Below are positions 9,151-16,942 of a stretch of DNA of 32,000 bases, one piece after another. Numbering within the stretch: the first letter of the stretch is position 1; the number at the start of each line of letters is the position of its first letter. Made by a program: the position numbers and the translations under genes. The stretch lies in the NCBI GenBank assembly GCA_963675515.1, contig OY776328.1:1230001-1262000 (forward strand). Direction: 5' to 3'. The stretch comes from Coprobacillaceae bacterium. GTDB lineage: Bacteria > Bacillota_I > Bacilli_A > Erysipelotrichales > Coprobacillaceae. The notes below the pieces were generated by a model, which worked only from the letters and a program-made list of their open reading frames with translations, searched no databases and was not told where the DNA came from.

Positions 9151-9801
9151 ATTGGAACAAGCCGCTTCTATTTTTGGAGATATGATACGGTCTAAAGAAA
9201 AGAACGGAACTATCGGTTACTATTGTAAAATTAAATCAGGGTTTGCATTCAAAAGTTCTTAGTGGACTGACGAGGGAGTAAAAGTAATAAAAATCGGTGA
9301 TATTAATCAAGATTATCTTGATTTGAACTCTTGTTCACATGTTGATGAGGATAAGCTTGAAAAGGCTAGAGATTTTCTAGTTGGAGCAGGAGATTTAGTA
9401 TTAGCTATGACCGGTGCAACAATTGGCAAATTTGCAATGATTCCTAAAAAAAATGAAGTGATGGTCGTCAATCAACGTGTTGGTAAATTCTTTTTAGGAG
9501 ACACTCCACTGAAAAGAACTCCTTTTATTTACTGCACTTTAAAACAAGATGAAGTTTACAATGAAGTTATTTCCAGGGGACAAGGGAGTGCACAACCTAA
9601 TGTAAGTGCAAAGATATTATGACTATTCCTTGTGTAATTCCTGAGCAAGATGAGATTGATCAGTTTAATGGTATCGCACAGCCGATGTTTACAACAATTT
9701 CACAGAATCAAAATGAGAATGAACAACCAGCAAATTTAAGAGATAGTATTTTGCCAAAACTAATGAGCGGTGATTTAGATATTTCAGATTTAGAAATTTA
9801 G
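9131..9801 (+). pseudogene. hsdS: Type I restriction-modification specificity subunit, half-gene remnant (central conserved region + one target recognition domain + C-terminal conserved region) with one in-frame stop and one frameshift
   Basis: LEQAASIFGDMI...SGFAFKSS, then in-frame TAG 9260-9262. The TRD follows (GVKVIKIGDI...GDLVLAMTGATIGKFAMI...VNQRVGKF...RGQGSAQPNVS). There is a 1-nt frameshift near 9609-9620. After it comes IPCVIPEQDEI...LRDSILPKLMSGDLDISDLEI*, the typical HsdS C-terminus. Confidence 0.85.
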
Positions 9802-9830
9802 TAAGATGAATCTTAATAAGGGGTGAGATA

Positions 9831-10424
9831 ATGATTTTTAATATGCCGAATATTGATTTAGAGGATGAAGAGTGGATTTACATATTGATAAAAATATTAA
9901 AAAGTTGGACTGAAATTCCACTGAATATTACTAGTGGATACGACACTGATAATTTGAAATTTTATGATGGAATAATAGGATCATTAATAAGGCAAACAGA
10001 AGAGCTCTATAAAGATTTTCCAGAACATTTAGATATGAACTTTGTGAATTCTTGGAAATATCAAGGTAAAATATATAGGGTATTACATTCTAGAGGTGTA
10101 GCTGATGATACAAATGATGATGGGTATTCTCTCTCGCTTCCTGACGTAGAATATCATGGTATGGTTTCTCATTGGACAACAGATTATACATTTGATGCAT
10201 TATTATATAAGTTGAGTAGCAAGGCTGAATATATTATTTTGGAAGCTGATACCAAGGAGCATTTTGCATTTGATGTGAATTGTTTTAGAGAAAGATATAA
10301 ATGTTCAGAAATGTATACTCAAAATGAAGAAGAAATTATTTTTCCTATGTATAAAGACTGCATAACAGAATACCGTATGACAATAGAAGAATTCATTAAG
10401 ATCAAAAACAACGAAAATAATTAA
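9831..10424 (+). CDS. Hypothetical protein with R-S-E-type ADP-ribosyltransferase-like motifs (candidate toxin/effector)
   Basis: 197 aa, RBS AAGGGGTGAG. Ordered motifs are KIYRVLHSRG (R83), MVSHWTTD (S113/T116-T117) and QNEEEIIFP (E166-x-E168 followed by I-I-F-P). Their spacing of 30 and 53 aa is compatible with C3/VIP2-type ART folds. Confidence 0.35.
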   Translation: MIFNMPNIDLEDEEWIYILIKILKSWTEIPLNITSGYDTDNLKFYDGIIGSLIRQTEELYKDFPEHLDMNFVNSWKYQGKIYRVLHSRGVADDTNDDGYSLSLPDVEYHGMVSHWTTDYTFDALLYKLSSKAEYIILEADTKEHFAFDVNCFRERYKCSEMYTQNEEEIIFPMYKDCITEYRMTIEEFIKIKNNENN

Positions 10425-10443
10425 TAAGATCATACGAATAAAA

Positions 10444-10465
10444 TAGTGCGATATATTTTAATTTT
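10444..10465 (+). repeat. Island repeat copy 3 (TAGTGCGATATATTTTAATTTT)
   Basis: One mismatch to the consensus. It ends 14 nt before ATG 10479. Confidence 0.9.
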
Positions 10466-10478
10466 GAAAAGGTACAGT

Positions 10479-10910
10479 ATGGCAGAAATAAAAAAAATAA
10501 TGATAAAAGGTGCATCTGGATATTGTCACATTGATGAATCCTTCGAGGATAAGGTGAGTATTACACCAACGTCTATTGAATATGAGTATGTTCCTCATAC
10601 AGAAACAGAGATAAATACTAAGAGGAAATGGAGCTATAGAACTGATAGCCCGATTTTTAAGAAGTTGTATAGTGATATAGTGGAAATGATTCCAGAGATT
10701 ATTGTTAGAGAAGTCACGGATACTTGCTTGGATATTGGTGGGATTGAATTTTATATTACATATTCAGACAATTAAAAATTCAAGGAGATCTATTGGGTAC
10801 CCGGCGATTACTTTAAAGAACTATTTAAAACTATCAAACGATTAGTTCCTGAATGTGAATATACGCCAACGGTACTTTTAACCTCTGAAGATTATAATGA
10901 TGAGGAGTGA
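10479..10910 (+). pseudogene. Hypothetical gene with an in-frame TAA (10773-10775); unknown function
   Basis: MAEIKKIMIKGASGYCHIDE...FYITYSDN* continues in the same frame as KFKEIYWVPGDYFKELFKTIKRLVPECEYTPTVLLTSEDYNDEE* to TGA 10908-10910. Confidence 0.5.
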
Positions 10911-10924
10911 TAGAATAGATAAAA

Positions 10925-10939
10925 GCGAAATTTTCAATT
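10925..10939 (+). repeat. Degenerate island repeat fragment (GCGA--AATTTTcAATT)
   Basis: Partial match to the GCGATAAATTTTAATT core, about 50 nt upstream of ATG 10992. Confidence 0.3.
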
Positions 10940-10991
10940 AGTATACTGATATGCTTAATATCCACGTCAAATCTTATTTTGGAGGAATAAC

Positions 10992-12206
10992 ATGGGAGAA
11001 ATAATAAATAATAATGATTCTAGTGCGGTTGAGATCGTTAGAAGAGAAAACGATTTAATAGAACTTACAGAGGGGATTCTGCACGATGTTCGTGCAAATA
11101 TAAATAGTAAGAAAACTTTAAGCGTACCAATTTCAGAGATGTCGACTTTAGGTGCGGGGGTGTCATCACTTATTCCAGCATTGAACACTGTCACACAGAC
11201 AACCACTTTTGCCACAGATGGATTATATCAATTAGCTAATGCGGATGTCGGTGATGTTCTGAAGGTTGCGAAAAACGGTAACTTCTGGGGAGCTTTTAAG
11301 ACGGCTGATGGCGCATCAAAATTCACACAGCTTCAATCCGTGGACGCGTTGTCTGCGACAACTACAACAACGGCTGCTATTAACCCTGCTATAATGTTAA
11401 TGTCAGTAGCACTTTTCTCAATTGAAAAAGAGCTTGGTAATATTGCAGAAATGGAGAAGCAAATTATATCATTCCTGGAAGTTGAAAAGGAGTCAGAAAT
11501 CGAAGCTGATGTAGAAACATTGATGAATATTGTCACGAAATATAAGCTCAACTGGGATAATGAACATTTCGCTGCTAGTAATCATAAGCTGATATTGGAT
11601 ATTCAAAGAACCGCCAGAAAAAACATGAATGCATATCAGAAGAAGGTTAATGAGGCTCTTAAAGCGAAACAATTCATTATCGTTCGGAATAAGGTGAATT
11701 CAACATTATCTGACTTTGAGAAGAAATTCAAATATTATAGATTATCACTTTACACGTTCTCTTTGGCATCACTGATGGAAATAATGTTGAGTGGTAATTT
11801 TAAAGAAGAATATATCTTAGGGATAAAGAATGAGATAAGACAAATGTCACAAACCTATAGGAACTTATTTGGAGAGTGTTCGATTCGTCTTGAAAAGATG
11901 GGTAACTCCGCACTGGAAGCAAATTTGGTAAAAGGATTGGGTACTGCGGGCACAGCTGCTGGAAAGTTCATCGGTAATATCCCTCTTGTTAAGGAGGGAC
12001 CGGTTGATGAGTTTCTTCAAGATAAAGGCGCTAATTTAAAAAACAATGCTATAGGGATGGAAAAAAAATCTGTCGGGGTATTTGCGGCAATAGGCAATCC
12101 GGGTACAGGCATGCTTATTGAAAAATTGGAGAATATGATTCAGATTTATAACCATACTTCGCAGATATACTTTGATAAGGAAAAAATATATTTAATGGCA
12201 AATTAG
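10992..12206 (+). CDS. Hypothetical 404-aa protein, Gly/Ala/Thr-rich N-terminal third, one hydrophobic segment, coiled-coil-like centre
   Basis: Strong RBS GGAGGA 7 nt upstream. The long ORF has coding-like composition. I recognise no family motif. Confidence 0.6.
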   Translation: MGEIINNNDSSAVEIVRRENDLIELTEGILHDVRANINSKKTLSVPISEMSTLGAGVSSLIPALNTVTQTTTFATDGLYQLANADVGDVLKVAKNGNFWGAFKTADGASKFTQLQSVDALSATTTTTAAINPAIMLMSVALFSIEKELGNIAEMEKQIISFLEVEKESEIEADVETLMNIVTKYKLNWDNEHFAASNHKLILDIQRTARKNMNAYQKKVNEALKAKQFIIVRNKVNSTLSDFEKKFKYYRLSLYTFSLASLMEIMLSGNFKEEYILGIKNEIRQMSQTYRNLFGECSIRLEKMGNSALEANLVKGLGTAGTAAGKFIGNIPLVKEGPVDEFLQDKGANLKNNAIGMEKKSVGVFAAIGNPGTGMLIEKLENMIQIYNHTSQIYFDKEKIYLMAN

Positions 12207-12280
12207 GGTAAAGGTGGAATGGATACATATTTTGGTCAGGTTTATATAGTATACATTTGGACATAAGGACACAATCAAAG

Positions 12281-12302
12281 TAGTACGATAAATTTTAATT
12301 TT
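12281..12302 (+). repeat. Island repeat copy 4 (TAGTACGATAAATTTTAATTTT)
   Basis: Identical to copy 1. It lies about 70 nt before the left end of the IS1595-family element. Confidence 0.9.
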
Positions 12303-12372
12303 TAAGAATAAATGGGAAATTCTTACTTGCAACAGGCTGTAATGATAATATGAGGATAACAGAAGGAATAAA

Positions 12373-13538
12373 ATCCGAAAATTTGGCTATGTTAGCCCAA
12401 AGCAATGCTTTCATAGATGAAGCCTGTTCCAATATAATTTTCTCGCCTAAAATCACAATGGCATTGATAAATATCCACAAAATAATCATGGACGTCTCTA
12501 GCTCTTGTTTCAATCATGTATGCTATGTACGCCAGATATTCATTAAGGTATTTAGAAGATATCCCATTGTGTTTTTTCATATACTTTTCAATTTGAGAAT
12601 GCACGTAATTGACGTGATTTATGTGGTAGATTCCTCGCTTTGCCTTGCTTTTTGCTGGAAACGCATAATGGTCGATTTTCAGACTCTCACTTAATCTTCG
12701 ATATACGAATAATCCATCCGTACAAAGCGTTGTTGCTTTTTGAAGGTGTTTCAGATATACAGCGGTTGTCGTTTCGTTATCAAGCGTTGTCGATCCGATC
12801 TTAGCGACCTTGAGTAATATATGGCCGTTCCTGTCAACCGCGCTTGCTATTTGTACGGCATCGGTTATATTTTGATCTTTCTTGTCTCTACGGTTACCTT
12901 TTCGTCCTCTTTTATAGGGCTTCCTGGGTAATGGTTTTGCCGCCTGTTTACTGTGATTCCCGGAATAACTGATGTTTACGCTCATTTCATCTAATTCCAC
13001 AATCCCGCTAAGCTCAACGTTTTCCATCCTGTGAGCTAGCGCGTTCAATATTTTATGGCGCATGAAAAAACTGCATTTTAACGACACTCCTGCATATTTG
13101 GCACAGTCCCTCAAATCTTCGTCATGGCTCATTATTATCAGATACTTAAGCCAGGTTATATAAGAAAGTTTGGTATTCTCCAAAATTGTACCAACATACG
13201 GAGTAAAAGTTTTACCGCAATCAATGCATCTAAAACGTTGTGTTTTGTTTTTGTAGTGGCCATCTCGTTTAATATGATGGTGACCGCAACGAGGGCACGA
13301 AATTGAATCGTTGTGTTTGGCTTCTAATGCATCCACAAGGATCTTGGTGTAATCATTTAGAAGTTGACGGTCCTGAATGAAAACAATTAGGGCGTTTAAA
13401 TCATCGCTGTTTAAAGTATCCAGTTCATTCTTAATTTTTTCTAATTCCATGGTTATCCCACCTCTTCTCTATTATACACCTAATTCTACAGGAAAAGTCG
13501 ATAAACATCTTTATGGGCTAACATAGCCGAAAATTTGG
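12373..13538 (-). mobile_element. IS1595-family insertion sequence
   Basis: Single transposase ORF flanked by inverted repeats: ccgaaaatttGGCTATGTTAGCCCA (12373-12397) and TGGGCTAACATAGCCgaaaatttgg (13514-13538). The inner 15 nt are perfect. The outer limits are approximate. Confidence 0.75.
12392..13450 (-). CDS. IS1595-family (ISXO2-like) DDE transposase with N-terminal zinc ribbon
   Basis: CPRCGHHHIKRDGHYKNKTQRFRCIDCGKTF zinc ribbon; VELDEMSV, CTDGLFVYRRL and HINHVNYVHSQIEKYM match the IS1595 DDE/HxxVNH pattern. Confidence 0.85.
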   Translation of the reverse strand: MELEKIKNELDTLNSDDLNALIVFIQDRQLLNDYTKILVDALEAKHNDSISCPRCGHHHIKRDGHYKNKTQRFRCIDCGKTFTPYVGTILENTKLSYITWLKYLIIMSHDEDLRDCAKYAGVSLKCSFFMRHKILNALAHRMENVELSGIVELDEMSVNISYSGNHSKQAAKPLPRKPYKRGRKGNRRDKKDQNITDAVQIASAVDRNGHILLKVAKIGSTTLDNETTTAVYLKHLQKATTLCTDGLFVYRRLSESLKIDHYAFPAKSKAKRGIYHINHVNYVHSQIEKYMKKHNGISSKYLNEYLAYIAYMIETRARDVHDYFVDIYQCHCDFRRENYIGTGFIYESIALG

Positions 13539-13716
13539 TTCAAATATTAGAGATAGCACTAGGTGACAATTTATAGAAAGCCATTGTAGTTGTGTGTTAC
13601 CGTTCATTTATAAAATTGAAACAGTTAATTGGATTTACTATCAACCAATTGAACTTCTGTTTAATGATGAAAACTTGTCTATAATTACTAATGAAATTAA
13701 TTTAAGGGGCAAAAAT

Positions 13717-14874
13717 ATGAGTAAATTCTGGAGAAAATTTTTTATGGCATCAGCTATGGCTGCCAACGAATTTTTTAATGAAATAGATAGCAGTACATCT
13801 AGGAAAAAAAGTAAACAAGAGTGCTTTGAAGCAATTGGCGAGAGTTCACAAAATATGTTCAAAGTTCTATCTGATAGACTAGGGCTCAATAATGCCCCTT
13901 CAATATCTGAAAATCTTATTAATGGTATAACCCAAATGCCATTATACTGTGTAAGGTTAATCTTAGAAAAACAAAAAAATGATATGAGTATAGAACAAAG
14001 TCAGGCATTAAATCTGTACTTTGATAATTTTAGTTACCCATACACAATAAGTGATTTTTCAAAATCAATCAAGTATGAGAATCAGGTCGCAAAAGAGTGC
14101 TACGAATTATTAGCCATTGACAATGATTGCGCAGGTCTGTTCTGGAAAGATTTTTTTAGAGAGATCCAAAACAGGGGTGATTGTTACGAAATTATTGACG
14201 AATTTATTCAAGAGTTCTCTAACTGTGCTATAAATTTTTCATTACTCGGAAATAATAGCAATGATTTAGCTATTGGGATATTAACTAATCTAATAAATTC
14301 CATATACGATCAGTTTGTGATATTCGAGGATAAATTGGAAAAAAACATTGAAATAGTAGCAGATGCAAATTATTTTGACCATCTCAATAATATGGACAGT
14401 GAAATCCATATTATTGAGGCATTAAGTAATTGTCAAGAAGAAGGACTAGATCTTCTTGAATTATATGAATATTTCTGTATGGGGATATTTTATTTAGTAA
14501 TAAATGAGGGCATCTGTGCACAAGCAGAAAAATATGATATTTTTGATCAAACTGTTTCCTTTTGCAATAAGGAATTTGGATTTAATGGTAAAGAAATATT
14601 TGACAGCTTTAAATATGCTGAGGGGTTGGGACCACTTATTTTAAATATGGTTAGTACGGAATTTGACAATAACTTTTGGGTACTATTGGCAACAGTAATC
14701 AATAAGTGTACCTTGCTATGTGGATATGAGTCTGGAATGATAAAGGAATGTATTGATTTTGTTATCGGATTAGATCAAACATTATGTATTGAATATCCAA
14801 ATTCAGGTTATGGCAATTTTGCCAGAAAATACGCACAAAACTGTTTGGAGCAAATTCTAGAAGTTTGTAACTAA
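13717..14874 (+). CDS. Hypothetical 385-aa protein, helix-rich and Cys-rich, unknown function
   Basis: The likely start is ATG 13717, preceded by AAGGGGC. The track start 13594 is a TTG/GTG-type extension reaching toward the IS end. Confidence 0.6.
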   Translation: MSKFWRKFFMASAMAANEFFNEIDSSTSRKKSKQECFEAIGESSQNMFKVLSDRLGLNNAPSISENLINGITQMPLYCVRLILEKQKNDMSIEQSQALNLYFDNFSYPYTISDFSKSIKYENQVAKECYELLAIDNDCAGLFWKDFFREIQNRGDCYEIIDEFIQEFSNCAINFSLLGNNSNDLAIGILTNLINSIYDQFVIFEDKLEKNIEIVADANYFDHLNNMDSEIHIIEALSNCQEEGLDLLELYEYFCMGIFYLVINEGICAQAEKYDIFDQTVSFCNKEFGFNGKEIFDSFKYAEGLGPLILNMVSTEFDNNFWVLLATVINKCTLLCGYESGMIKECIDFVIGLDQTLCIEYPNSGYGNFARKYAQNCLEQILEVCN

Positions 14875-14910
14875 ATAATCTAATCTATAAATGCGAAGTT
14901 TGGAAAGTGG

Positions 14911-14930
14911 AGTGTGATATAATAATTTTG
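14911..14930 (+). repeat. Degenerate island repeat copy (AGTGtGATAtaatAATTTTg)
   Basis: 8 of the first 9 nt and the terminal AATTTT match the consensus. It lies 13 nt upstream of ATG 14943. Confidence 0.35.
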
Positions 14931-14942
14931 ATGAGGGGCAAT

Positions 14943-15404
14943 ATGGATATTAGTTTTAGAAAAATAGATAAATCAAATTATAACGAATGCGTGACTTTAA
15001 AGGTAGGAAATCACCAAACCAACTATGTTGCAAGTAATGCTTTCTCACTAGTACAGGCGTTTTATGAAAATGAATTGTATCCGTTGGGAATATATGCCGC
15101 TGATGAGATGGTGGGATTCCTATTATATGATTATGATCAAGAGCTTAAGGGATGGTCTTTTTCAAGATTTATGATCGATACCAAGTTTCAAAACAAGGGA
15201 TTTGGATCAAAAGCTTTGAGTGATTTTTTAGAATTTTTTCATATTAAATTTCCTGATGAAGATCTATATACAAGTGTGGAAATAGACAATGAAATTGCCA
15301 TTAAGCTGTATGAAAAACATGGGTTTACTAAAATAAATTCCTTTGAATATACAATTGGAGATACTTGTTATAAAGAATTTAGGATGCAGAAAAAATTTGT
15401 GTAG
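14943..15404 (+). CDS. GNAT-family N-acetyltransferase
   Basis: MDISFRKIDKSNYNEC...RFMIDTKFQNKGFGSKALSDF...AIKLYEKHGFTK, i.e. GNAT motif A (Q/RxxGxG/A) and motif B. The start was chosen at the internal ATG after GAGGGG. Confidence 0.8.
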   Translation: MDISFRKIDKSNYNECVTLKVGNHQTNYVASNAFSLVQAFYENELYPLGIYAADEMVGFLLYDYDQELKGWSFSRFMIDTKFQNKGFGSKALSDFLEFFHIKFPDEDLYTSVEIDNEIAIKLYEKHGFTKINSFEYTIGDTCYKEFRMQKKFV

Positions 15405-15427
15405 TATACATATAAAATTTTAATAAA
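15402..15427 (+). repeat. Degenerate island repeat copy (TAGTAtaCATATAAAATTTTAATaaa)
   Basis: Aligns to the consensus with small indels. Its TAG is the stop codon of the GNAT gene. It lies 25 nt upstream of ATG 15453. Confidence 0.35.
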
Positions 15428-15452
15428 TGAAACAAGAAGGGAAATATAGAAT

Positions 15453-15926
15453 ATGAGTGACCTAGCTAGAATGACATTTAAGCAAAAAATTGAGAAAGCA
15501 AAAGATAAGAATATTTGCCTTCCTTATGATTTATTAAACGGAGATACAGTAGGTATTTATAAATTCTTTAGAATTAAAGATAATGAGGAATACTGCTTTT
15601 ATATTGGTAAATCCACAGATATTGTATCTAGACTGTTGGGCGCCAGTAGTGGTCATATCTATATGTTTCTAAAAAATGACTTATCAAAAGTGGTGCCGTT
15701 AAAAATAAATGAATACCTTAATGAAGGGTTTAATATAAAAGTGGAAGTGGTCAAAATTGATTATTCGGATATTTCTTTTTGTAATGCAGCACATAGGCTA
15801 GCTTTAGCTGAACTTCAAGAGATAGTTAAATATCAAGAAAAAGGGCAATGTCAATTTCAAGTACCAGAAGGTACGGGAGCATATGAAGAAAAATTTTGGC
15901 AAGAAAACTATAAAAAACTGTGTTGA
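15453..15926 (+). CDS. GIY-YIG nuclease-superfamily protein (stand-alone, 157 aa)
   Basis: VGIYKFFRIKDNEEYCFYIGKSTDIVSRLLGASSGH contains GIY, an ~11-aa spacer, YIG, then R and H as in GIY-YIG catalytic cores. Confidence 0.6.
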   Translation: MSDLARMTFKQKIEKAKDKNICLPYDLLNGDTVGIYKFFRIKDNEEYCFYIGKSTDIVSRLLGASSGHIYMFLKNDLSKVVPLKINEYLNEGFNIKVEVVKIDYSDISFCNAAHRLALAELQEIVKYQEKGQCQFQVPEGTGAYEEKFWQENYKKLC

Positions 15927-15990
15927 ATTATAGCATTATAAGGGGGTAATTGATTTTAAGTATTATACAAGTTCGATAAATATATAATTC

Positions 15991-16011
15991 TAGTACGGTA
16001 AATTTTAATTT
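15991..16011 (+). repeat. Island repeat copy 5 (TAGTACGGTAAATTTTAATTT)
   Basis: One mismatch to the consensus. It is preceded by a related degenerate unit, GTTCGATAAATATATAATT (15971-15989), and lies 80 nt upstream of ATG 16091. Confidence 0.9.
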
Positions 16012-16090
16012 ATAAATGATGTTTAGATCTAATAATTGGACTCGTTAGTTTTGGTAATATTGATAATGTATTTTGAGGTGGAGTGATTAG

Positions 16091-16336
16091 ATGAGAGACG
16101 TTGCAGAAATAGTAAAAGAAATTATTGACTATTGTGAGAGGGAACAAAACTATTCTTATGTTGAATTAAGAAAGTTTGCAAATAATAATGAGCCTGAATG
16201 GGCCTCTGTTCTTAGAAAAAAGTATCCACGGATGGCTGTCTCTGAGTATCTGAAAAGCAAGCGAAAAAAACTGAAGGAAAACGGAATTAAACAGCCTACT
16301 CTCAAAGAGTCATTGAATAAAGTATATGAACATTGA
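16091..16336 (+). CDS. Hypothetical small basic protein (81 aa)
   Basis: RBS GAGGTGGAG upstream. No recognisable motif. Confidence 0.5.
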   Translation: MRDVAEIVKEIIDYCEREQNYSYVELRKFANNNEPEWASVLRKKYPRMAVSEYLKSKRKKLKENGIKQPTLKESLNKVYEH

Positions 16337-16409
16337 TGCTACAATATTTTGTACATACTTTGTAATTATGATAAGTCTTATCACCGAGAACTTCTTTAGG
16401 GGGTGAAGT

Positions 16410-16889
16410 GTGATTTTTTACAATGTGGCTGTAAATAATATTAAAATCGCCATTAATACACTAGATAAATTGTCAGACAATGAAAAGTTTGATGAAATGG
16501 ATATAGATATTTCGATGGTAATTATTAACGCGATTAGTAGTATTAGCAATTATTATGAACGTATTGATAAGAGTGTACTTTCCCCAAATCAGGATTTATG
16601 GTTTAGAGCATATGCGTATGTTAACAATCAGGTAAAACATGATATAGCACTTGAAATAATACACTACCCGGTGTTTGGGAGTGCCTACCCAATGGGCTAT
16701 CCAATGATTTTTGATTCACCAGGAGTTTGTTGGAATGATTTTGTTGATAACGGTAGTATTAAGGCTAGAGGGAAACGAAACCATTATGATGCATGTCTAT
16801 GTGATGAAGATATCGCGTATACTTTCTCAAGAATATTAGAAATTATAGAGAGAGTTGAGTGTATAAAGCGGAGATCTTATATTGAGTGA
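16410..16889 (+). CDS. Hypothetical protein (159 aa) immediately upstream of hsdR
   Basis: GTG start after AGGGGGTGA. The stop lies 54 nt before the probable hsdR start, or overlaps the longest hsdR ORF by 4 nt. Confidence 0.5.
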   Translation: MIFYNVAVNNIKIAINTLDKLSDNEKFDEMDIDISMVIINAISSISNYYERIDKSVLSPNQDLWFRAYAYVNNQVKHDIALEIIHYPVFGSAYPMGYPMIFDSPGVCWNDFVDNGSIKARGKRNHYDACLCDEDIAYTFSRILEIIERVECIKRRSYIE

Positions 16890-16942
16890 ATTTGCCTTTT
16901 CTGTTCGAGTCGGCAACAGAGAAATTTAAGGGGGTGGGCGAA

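Noticed and set aside
9130-9157. Resemblance of the island repeat to a Xer/dif site (AGTGCGATAAA versus the XerC arm GGTGCGCATAA of E. coli dif)
   Set aside because: Only the left half resembles a Xer arm. The sequence 6 nt further on is not conserved between copies and shows no dyad symmetry, so a 28-bp dif-like site is not supported. This is kept only as a remote possibility under the cassette hypothesis.
12350-13306. Plus-strand ORFs 12350-12694 and 13124-13306, and minus-strand ORF 12295-12513
   Set aside because: They are antisense to, or out of frame with, the IS1595 transposase gene or its end. They have no RBS and an implausible composition.
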